The translations under genes were made by a program, and so were the position numbers. The notes beneath the pieces were generated by a model. That model was not told the origin of the DNA and ran no database searches. It worked only from the letters and a program-made list of their open reading frames with translations. Shown here piece by piece: positions 26,345 through 35,269 of a DNA stretch of 64,000 bases (positions are counted from its first letter, which is position 1; every line of letters starts with the position of its first letter). This DNA comes from an uncultured Eubacteriales bacterium (lineage in GTDB: Bacteria > Bacillota > Peptococcia > Peptococcales > SKKY01). The DNA is taken from NCBI GenBank assembly GCA_964642925.1, contig CAZXPJ010000006.1:9166-73165 (forward strand), given 5' to 3'.

Positions 26345-27268
26345 ATGAAAAATGAATTTTTAAGAATGATAGAAATAGCTAAAATTAAAGGTCCAAAAAA
26401 ATTAACGGTTGCTTGTCCTTATAAAAAATCAGCTTTATTATCATCACTATTAGCAAAAAAACAAGGAATAGCAGATCCAATATTTATTGGAAATAAAGAT
26501 AAAATAGACAAAGTAGCTAAAGAATACAATATTGATATAAGTGAGATAGAAATGATTGATATAAAAGATGATCAAGAAGCTTGTGATATGTCGGTACAAT
26601 TAGTAGCTGAAGGAAAAGCAGATTTTGTCATGAAAGGTCATGTAGATACATCTTTAATTTTAAAATCTTATTTAAAACCTGAGTTTGGAATGAGAACAGG
26701 GAAATTATTGAGTCATGTAGCAGTTTTTAATCCGGAAAATTATAGTAAGATATTATTTGTTACAGATGCATCTATGAACATTGATCCTAATTTAGACCAA
26801 AAAAGACAAATTATTGATAATGCTGTTGATGTAGCGAGAAAAATGGGAATAGAGACTCCAAAAGTTGCATGTTTAGCAGCTATAGAAAAAGTAAATCCTA
26901 AAATGGTGGAAACTGTTGAAGCTAGAGCTTTGCAAGAAATGAATGAAAAGGGCATTATAAAAAATTGTATAGTTGCAGGTCCTTTAGCATTAGATAATGC
27001 TATTTATGAGGAAGCTGCTATAATTAAAGGTATTACCCATCCTGTTGCAGGCCATGCTGACATTTTAATGGTTCCTAATATTGAAATAGGTAATATTTTG
27101 TATAAGGCTTTTGCTTTTTGCTCAGGAGCGAAACACGGAGGTGTAATTGTTGGTGGAAAAACTCCTGTAGTTTTAACCTCTAGATCAGATGACGAAAATG
27201 GTAAGTTCAATTCTATTGTTTTTGCAAAATATTTACTTGAAACTGGAGATGGTTATAATAAATTATAA
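26345..27268 (+). CDS. ptb: Phosphate butyryltransferase
   Basis: 307 aa with a phosphate acyltransferase fold (FVMKGHVDT, VFVTDASMN). It lies immediately upstream of, and overlaps, butyrate kinase. Confidence 0.88.
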   Translation: MKNEFLRMIEIAKIKGPKKLTVACPYKKSALLSSLLAKKQGIADPIFIGNKDKIDKVAKEYNIDISEIEMIDIKDDQEACDMSVQLVAEGKADFVMKGHVDTSLILKSYLKPEFGMRTGKLLSHVAVFNPENYSKILFVTDASMNIDPNLDQKRQIIDNAVDVARKMGIETPKVACLAAIEKVNPKMVETVEARALQEMNEKGIIKNCIVAGPLALDNAIYEEAAIIKGITHPVAGHADILMVPNIEIGNILYKAFAFCSGAKHGGVIVGGKTPVVLTSRSDDENGKFNSIVFAKYLLETGDGYNKL

Positions 27269-28325
27269 AATACTTGTAATAAATCCTGGATCCACATCAA
27301 CAAAAGTAGCATTATTTGAAAATGAAAAAAAAGTATTAGAAAAAAATCTGTTTCATCCTGCTGATGAATTAAAGAAATATACAAGAGTGGTAGACCAAAA
27401 ACAACTAAGAGAAGAAGTAATCTATGAATATCTAAAAGAAAATAATATTTTAAAGTGTGGTCTTGATGCTGTGGTAGGTCGAGGAGGTTTATTACGACCT
27501 ATTAAAAGCGGCACTTATCTTATAAATGATAAAATGTTAGAAGACTTAAAAACTAATAAATTTGGTGAACATGCTGCTGATCTTGGTGGGATTATAGCAA
27601 ATGATATTTCCAAAGATTGTCAAATAAAAGCATTTATTGTTAATCCAATTGTAGTAGATGAAATGGATGATATTGCTAGAATATCTGGTATGCCTGAAGT
27701 TGAAAGAGTTAGTATTTTTCATGCATTGAACCAAAAAGCTGTTGCCTATAATTATGCAAAAAGCATTAATAAGAAATATACAGACATGAACCTTATAGTA
27801 GTTCATCTAGGGGGGGGTATTTCCATTGGTGCCCATGAAAAAGGCAGGGTAATCGATGTTAACAATGCCCTAAATGGAGAAGGACCTTTCTCCCCTGAGC
27901 GATCAGGTGGAATACCCGTTCATGATTTAGTAAAAATATGTTATTCTGGAGAATATACAGAAAACGAGATGTATAAAAAGATTAATGGCAATGGTGGCTT
28001 AGTTGCATATTTAGGTACTAACGACGCTAAAAAAGTAGTTGAGAATATTAAAAAGGGAGACAAAAAAAGCGAATTGATTTATAAAGCTATGGCTTATCAA
28101 ACTGCTAAAGAAATAGGTGGGGCAGCAACAGTACTTAAAGGTATAGTAGATGCAATTATCCTTACTGGCGGTATAGCAAATGATAGTATGTTAGTTAATT
28201 TAATAAAAGACAGGGTAAGTTTTATCAGTAAAGTTGAAGTTATTCCAGGTGAAAAAGAAATGGAATCTTTAGCAGAAGGAGCTTTGAGAGTTCTTACCGG
28301 TGAAGAAGAGCCCGGCATTTATTAG
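27249..28325 (+). CDS. buk: Butyrate kinase
   Basis: ILVINPGSTSTKVALFE N-terminal motif and VVHLGGGISIG. The ORF-track start at 27189 lies inside ptb, so ATG at 27249 is the first plausible start. Confidence 0.9.
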   Translation: MVIINYKILVINPGSTSTKVALFENEKKVLEKNLFHPADELKKYTRVVDQKQLREEVIYEYLKENNILKCGLDAVVGRGGLLRPIKSGTYLINDKMLEDLKTNKFGEHAADLGGIIANDISKDCQIKAFIVNPIVVDEMDDIARISGMPEVERVSIFHALNQKAVAYNYAKSINKKYTDMNLIVVHLGGGISIGAHEKGRVIDVNNALNGEGPFSPERSGGIPVHDLVKICYSGEYTENEMYKKINGNGGLVAYLGTNDAKKVVENIKKGDKKSELIYKAMAYQTAKEIGGAATVLKGIVDAIILTGGIANDSMLVNLIKDRVSFISKVEVIPGEKEMESLAEGALRVLTGEEEPGIY

Positions 28326-28349
28326 GTTCCTGTTTAACAGGAACTTTTT
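28326..28349 (+). terminator. Intrinsic terminator after buk
   Basis: GTTCCTGT-TTA-ACAGGAAC hairpin followed by TTTTT. Confidence 0.8.
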
Positions 28350-28364
28350 ATTGGGGTGAATTAA

Positions 28365-29057
28365 ATGAGTAAAATAGGAATCTTATCTGCTTTAGGAAGA
28401 GAAATAAAAGAAATTGTTAATAATATTAAAATAACAAAATCTTTAGAAATCAAAGGCTATAGATTTACTGAAGGTTATTATAATGGTCTTAAAATAGTTG
28501 TAGGGACTACTAGTGTAGGAAAAGTGAACGCTGCTTTATGTACTGAAATATTAATTAATAATTATAATCCAACAACTATTATTAATACTGGTATAGCTGG
28601 TTCTTTAAATTCTAATGTAAATGTAATGGATATAGTTATCTCTACTTGTATACAGTATCATGATATTGCTGATTACATATTAAAGGGTTGTTTCCCATAT
28701 ATGATCGAATATCCAGCAGATCCAAATCTTTTAAAAATAGCTAATAATATTTTTTTACAAAAACCAATTAATAATAGGGTGCATTTTGGTAAAATTGTAA
28801 GTGGAGATTCTTTTATTGCAACACAAAGTAAAAAACAAAAAATAATTAATTTATATGACCCTCTTTGTGTTGAGATGGAAGGAGCAGCAATTGCTCATGT
28901 TTGTTATATAAATAAAACACCCTTTATTTCTTTTAGAGGTATTTCTGATCCTGCCAATGAATCTGCTAGAGAGTATTACAAACAAAATGAAATTCTAGCA
29001 GCAAAGGAAACAGGAAAACTTGTTTTAAAATTTTTAGATTCATATATTAAAGATTAA
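28365..29057 (+). CDS. mtnN: 5'-methylthioadenosine/S-adenosylhomocysteine nucleosidase
   Basis: GKVNAA, VEMEGAAIAHVC and ISFRGISD motifs; 230 aa. Confidence 0.88.
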   Translation: MSKIGILSALGREIKEIVNNIKITKSLEIKGYRFTEGYYNGLKIVVGTTSVGKVNAALCTEILINNYNPTTIINTGIAGSLNSNVNVMDIVISTCIQYHDIADYILKGCFPYMIEYPADPNLLKIANNIFLQKPINNRVHFGKIVSGDSFIATQSKKQKIINLYDPLCVEMEGAAIAHVCYINKTPFISFRGISDPANESAREYYKQNEILAAKETGKLVLKFLDSYIKD

Positions 29058-29076
29058 ATTATTAAGGATGTTTATA

Positions 29077-29346
29077 ATGTTTATTGATCTTTTTAAAGAA
29101 AAGTTATCAGGATTTATCCTAGTACTTATTATTGTTATATTAGGAAGTACAGTTGAAAGTAAGTTCATTTTTAGGAAACCTAAGTACAAAATTATTTTTA
29201 ATGACAATGACATCAATGGGCTTATCATTACATTTAAAAAATGTATTAGGAACAGGTATTATTGGATTAAAAGTGGGGACAATATTGTTCTTATTAGTTT
29301 CCATAAGCAGTTTTATTTTAGTAAGATTATTATACTAATGGAGTAG
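29077..29346 (+). CDS. Small hypothetical protein with an N-terminal TM helix (uncertain; see the alternative-frame note)
   Basis: TAAGGA SD 8 nt before the ATG at 29077. 89 aa, with a hydrophobic helix GFILVLIIVILG followed by a polar domain. Confidence 0.35.
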   Translation: MFIDLFKEKLSGFILVLIIVILGSTVESKFIFRKPKYKIIFNDNDINGLIITFKKCIRNRYYWIKSGDNIVLISFHKQFYFSKIIILME

Positions 29347-29435
29347 CTAGATGTTATATCGTAAACTAGCTTTTAAAATTTCCTAATTAGGTTTACATAA
29401 TATATATTATCGGAAGTTGCAAATGTATTAATAAA

Positions 29436-29455
29436 GCTGGAGTTTAAATCCCCAG
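29436..29455 (-). terminator. Hairpin downstream of the yneA-like gene
   Basis: On the minus strand, GCTGGGGATTTAAACTCCAGC followed by TTTATT. It lies 14 nt after the stop. Confidence 0.5.
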
Positions 29456-29468
29456 CCATTTTAGTACT

Positions 29469-29807
29469 TTAATATATTGGTATCTCTAATATTTGTCCTG
29501 GTTTTATGAGTCCAGATCCTAAATTATTTATTTTCTTTATATTAAATATAAATTCTCTTATATCTTTATTACCATGATCATACATACTAGCTATTTGCCA
29601 TAATGTTTCTCCTGATTGAACTTGGTGATTCGCTACTAAAGTGTTATTAGCATCTGCATATGTTGTAATATAAAAACCGCTTATAAGAATCAATATTAAA
29701 ATTATACTAGATAAAAACAACTTCTTTTTTAATAATGCAAATTTATTATCTCTTTCATTCTTCTTATTAATACGCCTAATTTTAAAATCATTTGCATAAT
29801 AAACCAT
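29469..29807 (-). CDS. yneA: SOS-type cell-division inhibitor candidate (YneA-like; TM helix + LysM domain)
   Basis: 112 aa with one TM helix and a C-terminal LysM (VQSGETLWQIA...IKPGQILEIP). It is divergent from lexA and has LexA boxes in its promoter, matching the B. subtilis yneA layout. Confidence 0.7.
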   Translation of the reverse strand: MVYYANDFKIRRINKKNERDNKFALLKKKLFLSSIILILILISGFYITTYADANNTLVANHQVQSGETLWQIASMYDHGNKDIREFIFNIKKINNLGSGLIKPGQILEIPIY

Positions 29808-29827
29808 AATAATAACCTCTATTCACA

Positions 29828-29841
29828 AGAATGTATGTTCG
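29828..29841. promoter_or_regulatory. LexA (Cheo) box 1
   Basis: AGAATGTATGTTCG matches GAAC-N4-GTTC with one arm GAAT. It lies in the yneA-like 5' UTR. Confidence 0.65.
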
Positions 29842-29853
29842 CTTTATAATTAA

Positions 29854-29882
29854 ATAATAACACGAACATATATTCTTGTCAA
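29854..29882 (-). promoter_or_regulatory. Sigma-A promoter of the yneA-like gene
   Basis: On the minus strand: TTGACA (29877-29882), 17-nt spacer, TATTAT (29854-29859). LexA box 2 fills the spacer. Confidence 0.7.
29863..29876. promoter_or_regulatory. LexA (Cheo) box 2
   Basis: CGAACATATATTCT: GAAC-N4-ATTC. Confidence 0.65.
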
Positions 29883-29891
29883 CTAACTAGT

Positions 29892-29905
29892 CGAATATTT
29901 GTTTG
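29892..29905. promoter_or_regulatory. LexA (Cheo) box 3
   Basis: CGAATATTTGTTTG: GAAT-N4-GTTT. It overlaps the -35 of the putative lexA promoter. Confidence 0.5.
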
Positions 29906-29926
29906 TATAAATTCTTAAGTTATGAT
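29899..29926 (+). promoter_or_regulatory. Putative lexA promoter
   Basis: TTGTTT, 16-nt spacer, TATGAT. Confidence 0.45.
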
Positions 29927-29964
29927 ATTATATCTTTAATAAAAAAACTCAGGATGTGATAATA

Positions 29965-30609
29965 ATGGCTAAGCCTATTACTAAAAAACAAGAAGCAATT
30001 TTAAATTTTATAAAAGATGATTTGAAATTAAAAGGATATCCTCCTTCTATTAGGGAGATCTGTTCGGCTGTTGGACTTACTTCAAGTTCTACAGTACACG
30101 GTCATTTGACTAGTTTAGAAAGAAAAGGGTTCATTCGCAGAGATGCTAGTAAACCTAGGGCAATTGAAATTCTTGATGAAAAAGATTCTCTTGATGAAGA
30201 AGAAATCTTTACTAGAAAAGAAATGATAAATGTTCCTATTATAGGTGAAGTAGCTGCCGGGGTTCCAATTACTGCAGAGGAAAATATTATAGACACCTTC
30301 CCTGTTCCCCTAGATTTTTTTCATTCTACCAACTCACTTTTTATGTTAAAAGTAAAAGGAGATAGTATGATTAATGTTGGTATTTTTGAAAATGATTATT
30401 TATTAGTTGAACAAAAGAAAGATGCTTCAGACGGCGAAATTGTTGTAGCTATAGTTAATGATGGGTATGAATCAGAAGCAACAGTAAAAAGATTTTATAA
30501 AAAAGATGGGCATATTGAACTTCATGCTGAAAATAGCAATTATCTTCCAATTATAGCTAATGATGTCAATATTGCTGGAAAAGTTGTTGGCCTTTTTAGA
30601 AGATTTTAA
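29965..30609 (+). CDS. lexA: LexA repressor
   Basis: N-terminal winged HTH (PPSIREICSAVGLTSSSTVHGHL), cleavage site VAAGVP, and the S24 peptidase Ser/Lys pair (GDSM ... VKRF). ATG at 29965 is preferred over GTG at 29956. Confidence 0.93.
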   Translation: MAKPITKKQEAILNFIKDDLKLKGYPPSIREICSAVGLTSSSTVHGHLTSLERKGFIRRDASKPRAIEILDEKDSLDEEEIFTRKEMINVPIIGEVAAGVPITAEENIIDTFPVPLDFFHSTNSLFMLKVKGDSMINVGIFENDYLLVEQKKDASDGEIVVAIVNDGYESEATVKRFYKKDGHIELHAENSNYLPIIANDVNIAGKVVGLFRRF

Positions 30610-30706
30610 ATTATGATGTTTTTAAGCCTTTTTATTTACCTCCCTCTTATGTTTTATAGTGATTATAGTTTAATGCTCTTAAAATTGAATTTAAATGCTT
30701 TAAATC

Positions 30707-30767
30707 AAAAAACCACTTAAATCCCTATGATTATTCTTCAAAATAACGATTTTAAGTGGTTTTTTTT
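30707..30767. terminator. Putative bidirectional terminator between lexA and ddl
   Basis: Arms AAAAAACCACTTAAA / TTTAAGTGGTTTTTTTT with a large 29-nt loop. It lies between convergent genes. Confidence 0.5.
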
Positions 30768-30774
30768 GTTGTTT

Positions 30775-31857
30775 TTATATTAAATCCTTTTTATACTTCT
30801 TTTTTTCATTATATCTTTCAAATCCTAAGTTAATTAATTCATTTAATAATTCTTTTAATTCTATACCTTCATATTGCCATAGTTTAGGATACATACTTAT
30901 AGATGTAAAACCAGGTAAAGTATTTACTTCATTTAATAATATCTCTTCTGTCTCTTTATCAATAAAAAAATCGATTCTAGTAAACCCAGATAAATCTAAA
31001 GCTTTAAATGCTATTTCTGACAATCTTATTAATTCAGCAATTGTTTTTTGAGAAAGGTCATCAGCAAGTTTTGTTACCGAAGTATCTTTTATATACTTTG
31101 CTTCATAATCATAAAATTCACTTCCAGGAATTACTTCTCCAAAGGAAGATAATTTTATATTATGATTCCCTAGAGCTGATACTTCAATTTCTCGAACATT
31201 CTTTCCTTCTTCGATAATTACTCGTCGATCGTAACTACTAGCAATATTTAAAGCTTCTATCAATTCCTGATCATTTTTTACTTTACTAATTCCTACACTT
31301 GATCCCAAATTAGCAGGTTTGACAAAAAGTGGATATTTAAGATTTCTTACTATGCTTTTTACTACTTTTTCTTTATCAGTATAAATTTCTTGGCTTGTCG
31401 TTCCAACATATTTTACCTGAGGTATGGAATGAGCTTTGAAAATATCTTTCATAATTAATTTATCCATGCCTGCTGCACTGCCGCAAACTCCTGAACCAAC
31501 ATAGGGGATTTCCATATATTCAAGTATCCCTTGTAAGGTTCCATCTTCCCCATTACTACCATGAATTAAAGGGAATACAATATCCCCCTTAAAAGCTATA
31601 GAAAAATCTTTTAAATTATATATTAGATTACCAGGTTTAGGCAGAGGAATGATTTCTTTATCAAGGTAATTATCCTCAAGAAAAGTTGCTATATCATTCT
31701 CAGAAATAGGACCATACCATTTTCCACTTTTTGCTATAGCAACTGGAAAAACAATATATTTATTTTTATCAAATCCTTTAAATACTGATTGAGCTGATTT
31801 TAATGACACTTCGTGTTCTTCAGATTTACCACCAAAAATCAAGATTACTCTAATCAT
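30775..31857 (-). CDS. ddl: D-alanine--D-alanine ligase
   Basis: IFGGKSEEHEVSL N-terminus and an ATP-grasp core (FVKPANLGSSVGISKV, EVNTLPGFT). Confidence 0.92.
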   Translation of the reverse strand: MIRVILIFGGKSEEHEVSLKSAQSVFKGFDKNKYIVFPVAIAKSGKWYGPISENDIATFLEDNYLDKEIIPLPKPGNLIYNLKDFSIAFKGDIVFPLIHGSNGEDGTLQGILEYMEIPYVGSGVCGSAAGMDKLIMKDIFKAHSIPQVKYVGTTSQEIYTDKEKVVKSIVRNLKYPLFVKPANLGSSVGISKVKNDQELIEALNIASSYDRRVIIEEGKNVREIEVSALGNHNIKLSSFGEVIPGSEFYDYEAKYIKDTSVTKLADDLSQKTIAELIRLSEIAFKALDLSGFTRIDFFIDKETEEILLNEVNTLPGFTSISMYPKLWQYEGIELKELLNELINLGFERYNEKKKYKKDLI

Positions 31858-33142
31858 CCTTTTTCACATCCCTTATAAATAATTCTTTACCTGCTTTAAT
31901 TGCTGCGATTACTACATGATAAAAGCTTAAACCACCCTGTAAAAACGCTGTATAAGGTTCTCTCATAGGTCCATCTACACTTAATTCTATTGAGGATCCT
32001 TGAATAAAGGTACCGCCAGCCATAATTACAGCATCATCATAACCTGGAAGTTTACTAGGGATAGGTCTAACGAAAGAATCAAGAGGACAAGAATTTTGGA
32101 CTGCATTACAAAATTCCTTTAATAATTCTGGATCTTTTAATATAATCCCTTGGACTATATCAGTTCTTACTTCAATAGGACTAGGGCTGGTTTCAAAACC
32201 TAGATTATTAAAAAGAATTGATGTAAAAAAAGCCCCTTTTAAAGATTGTTCAACAATCAAAGGAGCCATAAATAGCCCCTGGTAAGCTGTTCTATTAAAA
32301 TCAAGGGCAGAGGTCACATCTTCATTTATTCCCGGAGCAGTTAACCTATAGGAGGCTCTAGTTACATATTCTTCTTTACCAGCAACGTAACCACCTCTTA
32401 AAGCAAGTCCACCTCCTGGATTTTTAATTAAAGATCCAGCTATAATATCAGCTCCAACTTCTACTGGTTCTAAGACCTCTACAAATTCTCCATAACAATT
32501 ATCTACAAAAATAATTGTATCTGGAGAATTCTCTTTTATAACATTACAAATATTTTCTATTTCTTTAATGGATAAAGATTTTCTTGAAGAATAACCTTTT
32601 GATCTCTGAATACATACTAGAGGATAGTGCCTATTCTTTATTTCTTTAATTATTATTTCAGTTTTAAATTGACTATTATCATCCAAATCAATTACCTGAT
32701 GATTAATATTTAGCTCACTTAATGTACCTGGTTCCTGATTTTTTCCTATTAATTTTAATAGAGTATCATAGGGATCCCCTGAAATTGATAAAAAAGAATC
32801 TCCTGGTTTTAATAGACCAAAAAGAACAATAGCAATAGCATGAGTACCAGACACAATATTTGATCTTACTAATACTTTTTCAGCCTTAAATATATCTTTA
32901 AAAATTCCTTCTAAAACTTCCCTACCTACATCACCATAGCCATAACCTGTAGATCCATGAAGGTGAAAATCTGTAGCTCGATTATTTTGGAAAGCTTTTA
33001 AAATTTTATATTGATTAAATCCGGATATTTCTTCTATTGAATCAAAATGCATTTTACATTCTTTAAATGAACTTATAATAATTTTTTCATAATCTTTAGG
33101 TATGTTAAAATCCTTTATAATCTCTCGTAAAAATATATTCAA
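31850..33142 (-). CDS. YnbB-like PLP enzyme (aluminium-resistance / Met gamma-lyase-like family)
   Basis: 430 aa with [16 protein letters not shown] and [11 protein letters not shown] motifs. It overlaps hfq and ddl by 4 and 8 nt. Confidence 0.75.
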   Translation of the reverse strand: MNIFLREIIKDFNIPKDYEKIIISSFKECKMHFDSIEEISGFNQYKILKAFQNNRATDFHLHGSTGYGYGDVGREVLEGIFKDIFKAEKVLVRSNIVSGTHAIAIVLFGLLKPGDSFLSISGDPYDTLLKLIGKNQEPGTLSELNINHQVIDLDDNSQFKTEIIIKEIKNRHYPLVCIQRSKGYSSRKSLSIKEIENICNVIKENSPDTIIFVDNCYGEFVEVLEPVEVGADIIAGSLIKNPGGGLALRGGYVAGKEEYVTRASYRLTAPGINEDVTSALDFNRTAYQGLFMAPLIVEQSLKGAFFTSILFNNLGFETSPSPIEVRTDIVQGIILKDPELLKEFCNAVQNSCPLDSFVRPIPSKLPGYDDAVIMAGGTFIQGSSIELSVDGPMREPYTAFLQGGLSFYHVVIAAIKAGKELFIRDVKKDD

Positions 33143-33390
33143 TTATCCCCACCTACTGATTGTATTTCTTTTAAAACATCGGTTTTTGTTATAGGTGAAA
33201 TAGTAGAGATTGCATGTTTGTAAATCATTTGTTGTCCTACCTCATTTTCAAGTATAACTACAAAATTATCAAAGGCTTTTACATATCCTTTTAATTGAAA
33301 TTTATTCACCATATAAATAGTGACTAGCCTATTCTCTTTCCTTACTAAATTTAAAAAAACATCTTGAAAATTTATTGGGTTCTTTGACAT
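33139..33390 (-). CDS. hfq: RNA chaperone Hfq
   Basis: Sm1/Sm2 motifs: [40 protein letters not shown] ... YKHAISTI. Confidence 0.93.
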   Translation of the reverse strand: MSKNPINFQDVFLNLVRKENRLVTIYMVNKFQLKGYVKAFDNFVVILENEVGQQMIYKHAISTISPITKTDVLKEIQSVGGDN

Positions 33391-33405
33391 ATTAAATCCT
33401 CCATT

Positions 33406-34353
33406 TTAAAAATCCTTAGAAAATGTTTTAATTACTGTGTTAAATATTTCATCAGATGTTTTTATACTTTTATCTAGTAAAACAACATCCTTATTTTTCC
33501 TAAACCATGTTAATTGTCTTTTAGCAAATCTTCTTGTATTCTGTTTAATTTTTTCTAGACATTCCTCATAAGTTAGTTCTTTATTAATATATTGAATAAT
33601 TTGTTTATAACCAATACCTTGCATAGAACGGTAATTTACAATAGATGGAGTATCATTAATTAATTCTTTCACTTCATCTACCCATCCATTATCAAACATC
33701 AAATCTACTCTTCTATTTATTCTATCATAAAGATCATTTCTCTTCATCGTAATTACAAAATAAAAAAGATCATATTGGGATTCTTTATCTATACGAGAAT
33801 CTTTTTCCCTTTCTGAAAATTTAATATTATCTTTTTCACTTATTTCTAATGCTCTAATCAATCTTTTAGTATTTGATATATCAATCATTTTAATAGCATC
33901 TGGATCTTTTGATTTTAATTTTTCAACTAAATATTCATTTCCCAATCTCCGATATTCATCCCATAAGTTATCTCTTATTTTGGTATCTTTTTCTTCTTCA
34001 ATAAAGGAATAGTCATATACTAATGAATCGATATAGAGTCCTGTACCACCAGTTATAATTGGTATATTCCCCCTAACATATATATCTTTAATTATTTTCT
34101 TTGCTTCATCCTGAAAATTATACACATTATAATCTTCGTTAGGGTCGATAATATCAATCAAATGGTGAGGAATTTCTTCCATTTCAGCCTTGCTAATTTT
34201 TGCAGTTCCTATATTTAAATTTCTATATACTTGCATGGAGTCTCCAGAAATTATTTCACCATTTATTTCTTTTGCTATTCTCAAACTCAGTTCTGTTTTA
34301 CCAACAGCTGTAGGTCCAGCAATTACAACTAGAGGTTTCTTGTTTTTTTTCAT
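33406..34353 (-). CDS. miaA: tRNA dimethylallyltransferase
   Basis: P-loop GPTAVGKT, DSMQVYR and TGGTGLY. Confidence 0.93.
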   Translation of the reverse strand: MKKNKKPLVVIAGPTAVGKTELSLRIAKEINGEIISGDSMQVYRNLNIGTAKISKAEMEEIPHHLIDIIDPNEDYNVYNFQDEAKKIIKDIYVRGNIPIITGGTGLYIDSLVYDYSFIEEEKDTKIRDNLWDEYRRLGNEYLVEKLKSKDPDAIKMIDISNTKRLIRALEISEKDNIKFSEREKDSRIDKESQYDLFYFVITMKRNDLYDRINRRVDLMFDNGWVDEVKELINDTPSIVNYRSMQGIGYKQIIQYINKELTYEECLEKIKQNTRRFAKRQLTWFRKNKDVVLLDKSIKTSDEIFNTVIKTFSKDF

Positions 34354-34464
34354 TAAAAAATCATTCCTTATAATTAATTGTATATATCAATGCATTTTCT
34401 TTTGATATACTTTAATTTGAAATATATACATATATTATCTTAATATGAAAAGTGGTGTGTAATT

Positions 34465-35220
34465 TTGAAAAAAGTTTTACCTTTTTTAAATCTTATTTCA
34501 TTTTTATTAATGGTTATGGTTAATTTTCTTGCAAATAAACTCCCCATTAATAATGTAACAACAGGTGAGGTGTCCAATAATATTCCTAGCCTTTTTACCC
34601 CTGCAGCTTATACTTTTGCTATTTGGGGTGTAATTTATGTTTTATTAGGAATTTTCGTATTTTATCAAATGGGATTTGTTGGAAAAGAACAAGATTTAAA
34701 TTATTATAGGAATCAAATAGGAATTTACTTTATTATTAGCTGTCTTCTAAATATTGCTTGGTTAATTTCCTGGCATTATAAATTATTTCTTCTTAGTTTA
34801 TGTTTAATTGCTGCATTATTAATAAATCTTATCATAATATACTTAAGAATAAATGGTAAATCTAATTATTTACGAAAAAAAAATTATGTAGTTACTCTTC
34901 CTTTTTCAATCTATTTAGGCTGGATTATGGTAGCTACCATAGCTAATGCATCAATATATTTAATCACTATAAATTGGAATCGTTTTGGATATTCTGATGT
35001 TTTTTGGACAAATATAATTCTAGTTTTAGCTCTTTTAATTTTTTCATTATTTGTTCATACAAGACGGGATATATTTGTTATGTTTGTTTTTCTTTGGGCA
35101 TCAAGCGGAATACTTTATAAACATATTTTTTTCTATAATAATCAATTTATTTATATAATAATTACTACAGCTTTTATTATAGGTTCTGGATTTACCTCTA
35201 TTATTTTATCAAAAAAGTAA
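34465..35220 (+). CDS. Polytopic membrane protein, TspO/MBR-related (tentative)
   Basis: 251 aa, Trp/Tyr-rich TM helices (FTPAAYTFAIWGVIY, LGWIMVATIAN), TTG start. Confidence 0.45.
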   Translation: MKKVLPFLNLISFLLMVMVNFLANKLPINNVTTGEVSNNIPSLFTPAAYTFAIWGVIYVLLGIFVFYQMGFVGKEQDLNYYRNQIGIYFIISCLLNIAWLISWHYKLFLLSLCLIAALLINLIIIYLRINGKSNYLRKKNYVVTLPFSIYLGWIMVATIANASIYLITINWNRFGYSDVFWTNIILVLALLIFSLFVHTRRDIFVMFVFLWASSGILYKHIFFYNNQFIYIIITTAFIIGSGFTSIILSKK

Positions 35221-35221
35221 A

Positions 35222-35258
35222 ATACAGAAGGTTCTCTCTTAAAGACAACCTTCTGTAT
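35222..35258. terminator. Bidirectional terminator
   Basis: Perfect 12-bp stem ATACAGAAGGTT / AACCTTCTGTAT with a 13-nt loop, between convergent genes. Confidence 0.8.
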
Positions 35259-35269
35259 AAAATTTACTT

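Noticed and set aside
29153-29338. Frame-B ORF as a definite YeiH/UPF0324 pseudogene.
   Set aside because: The similarity is only a by-eye impression over about 45 residues. Hydrophobic alternative frames are common in AT-rich DNA. I kept it as a low-interest finding rather than a pseudogene feature.
34383-34409. Inverted repeat TATATCAA-N11-TTGATATA between miaA and the TspO-like gene, as an Fnr site.
   Set aside because: The half-sites are in the wrong orientation and spacing for TTGAT-N4-ATCAA. It is an AT-rich palindrome of uncertain significance.
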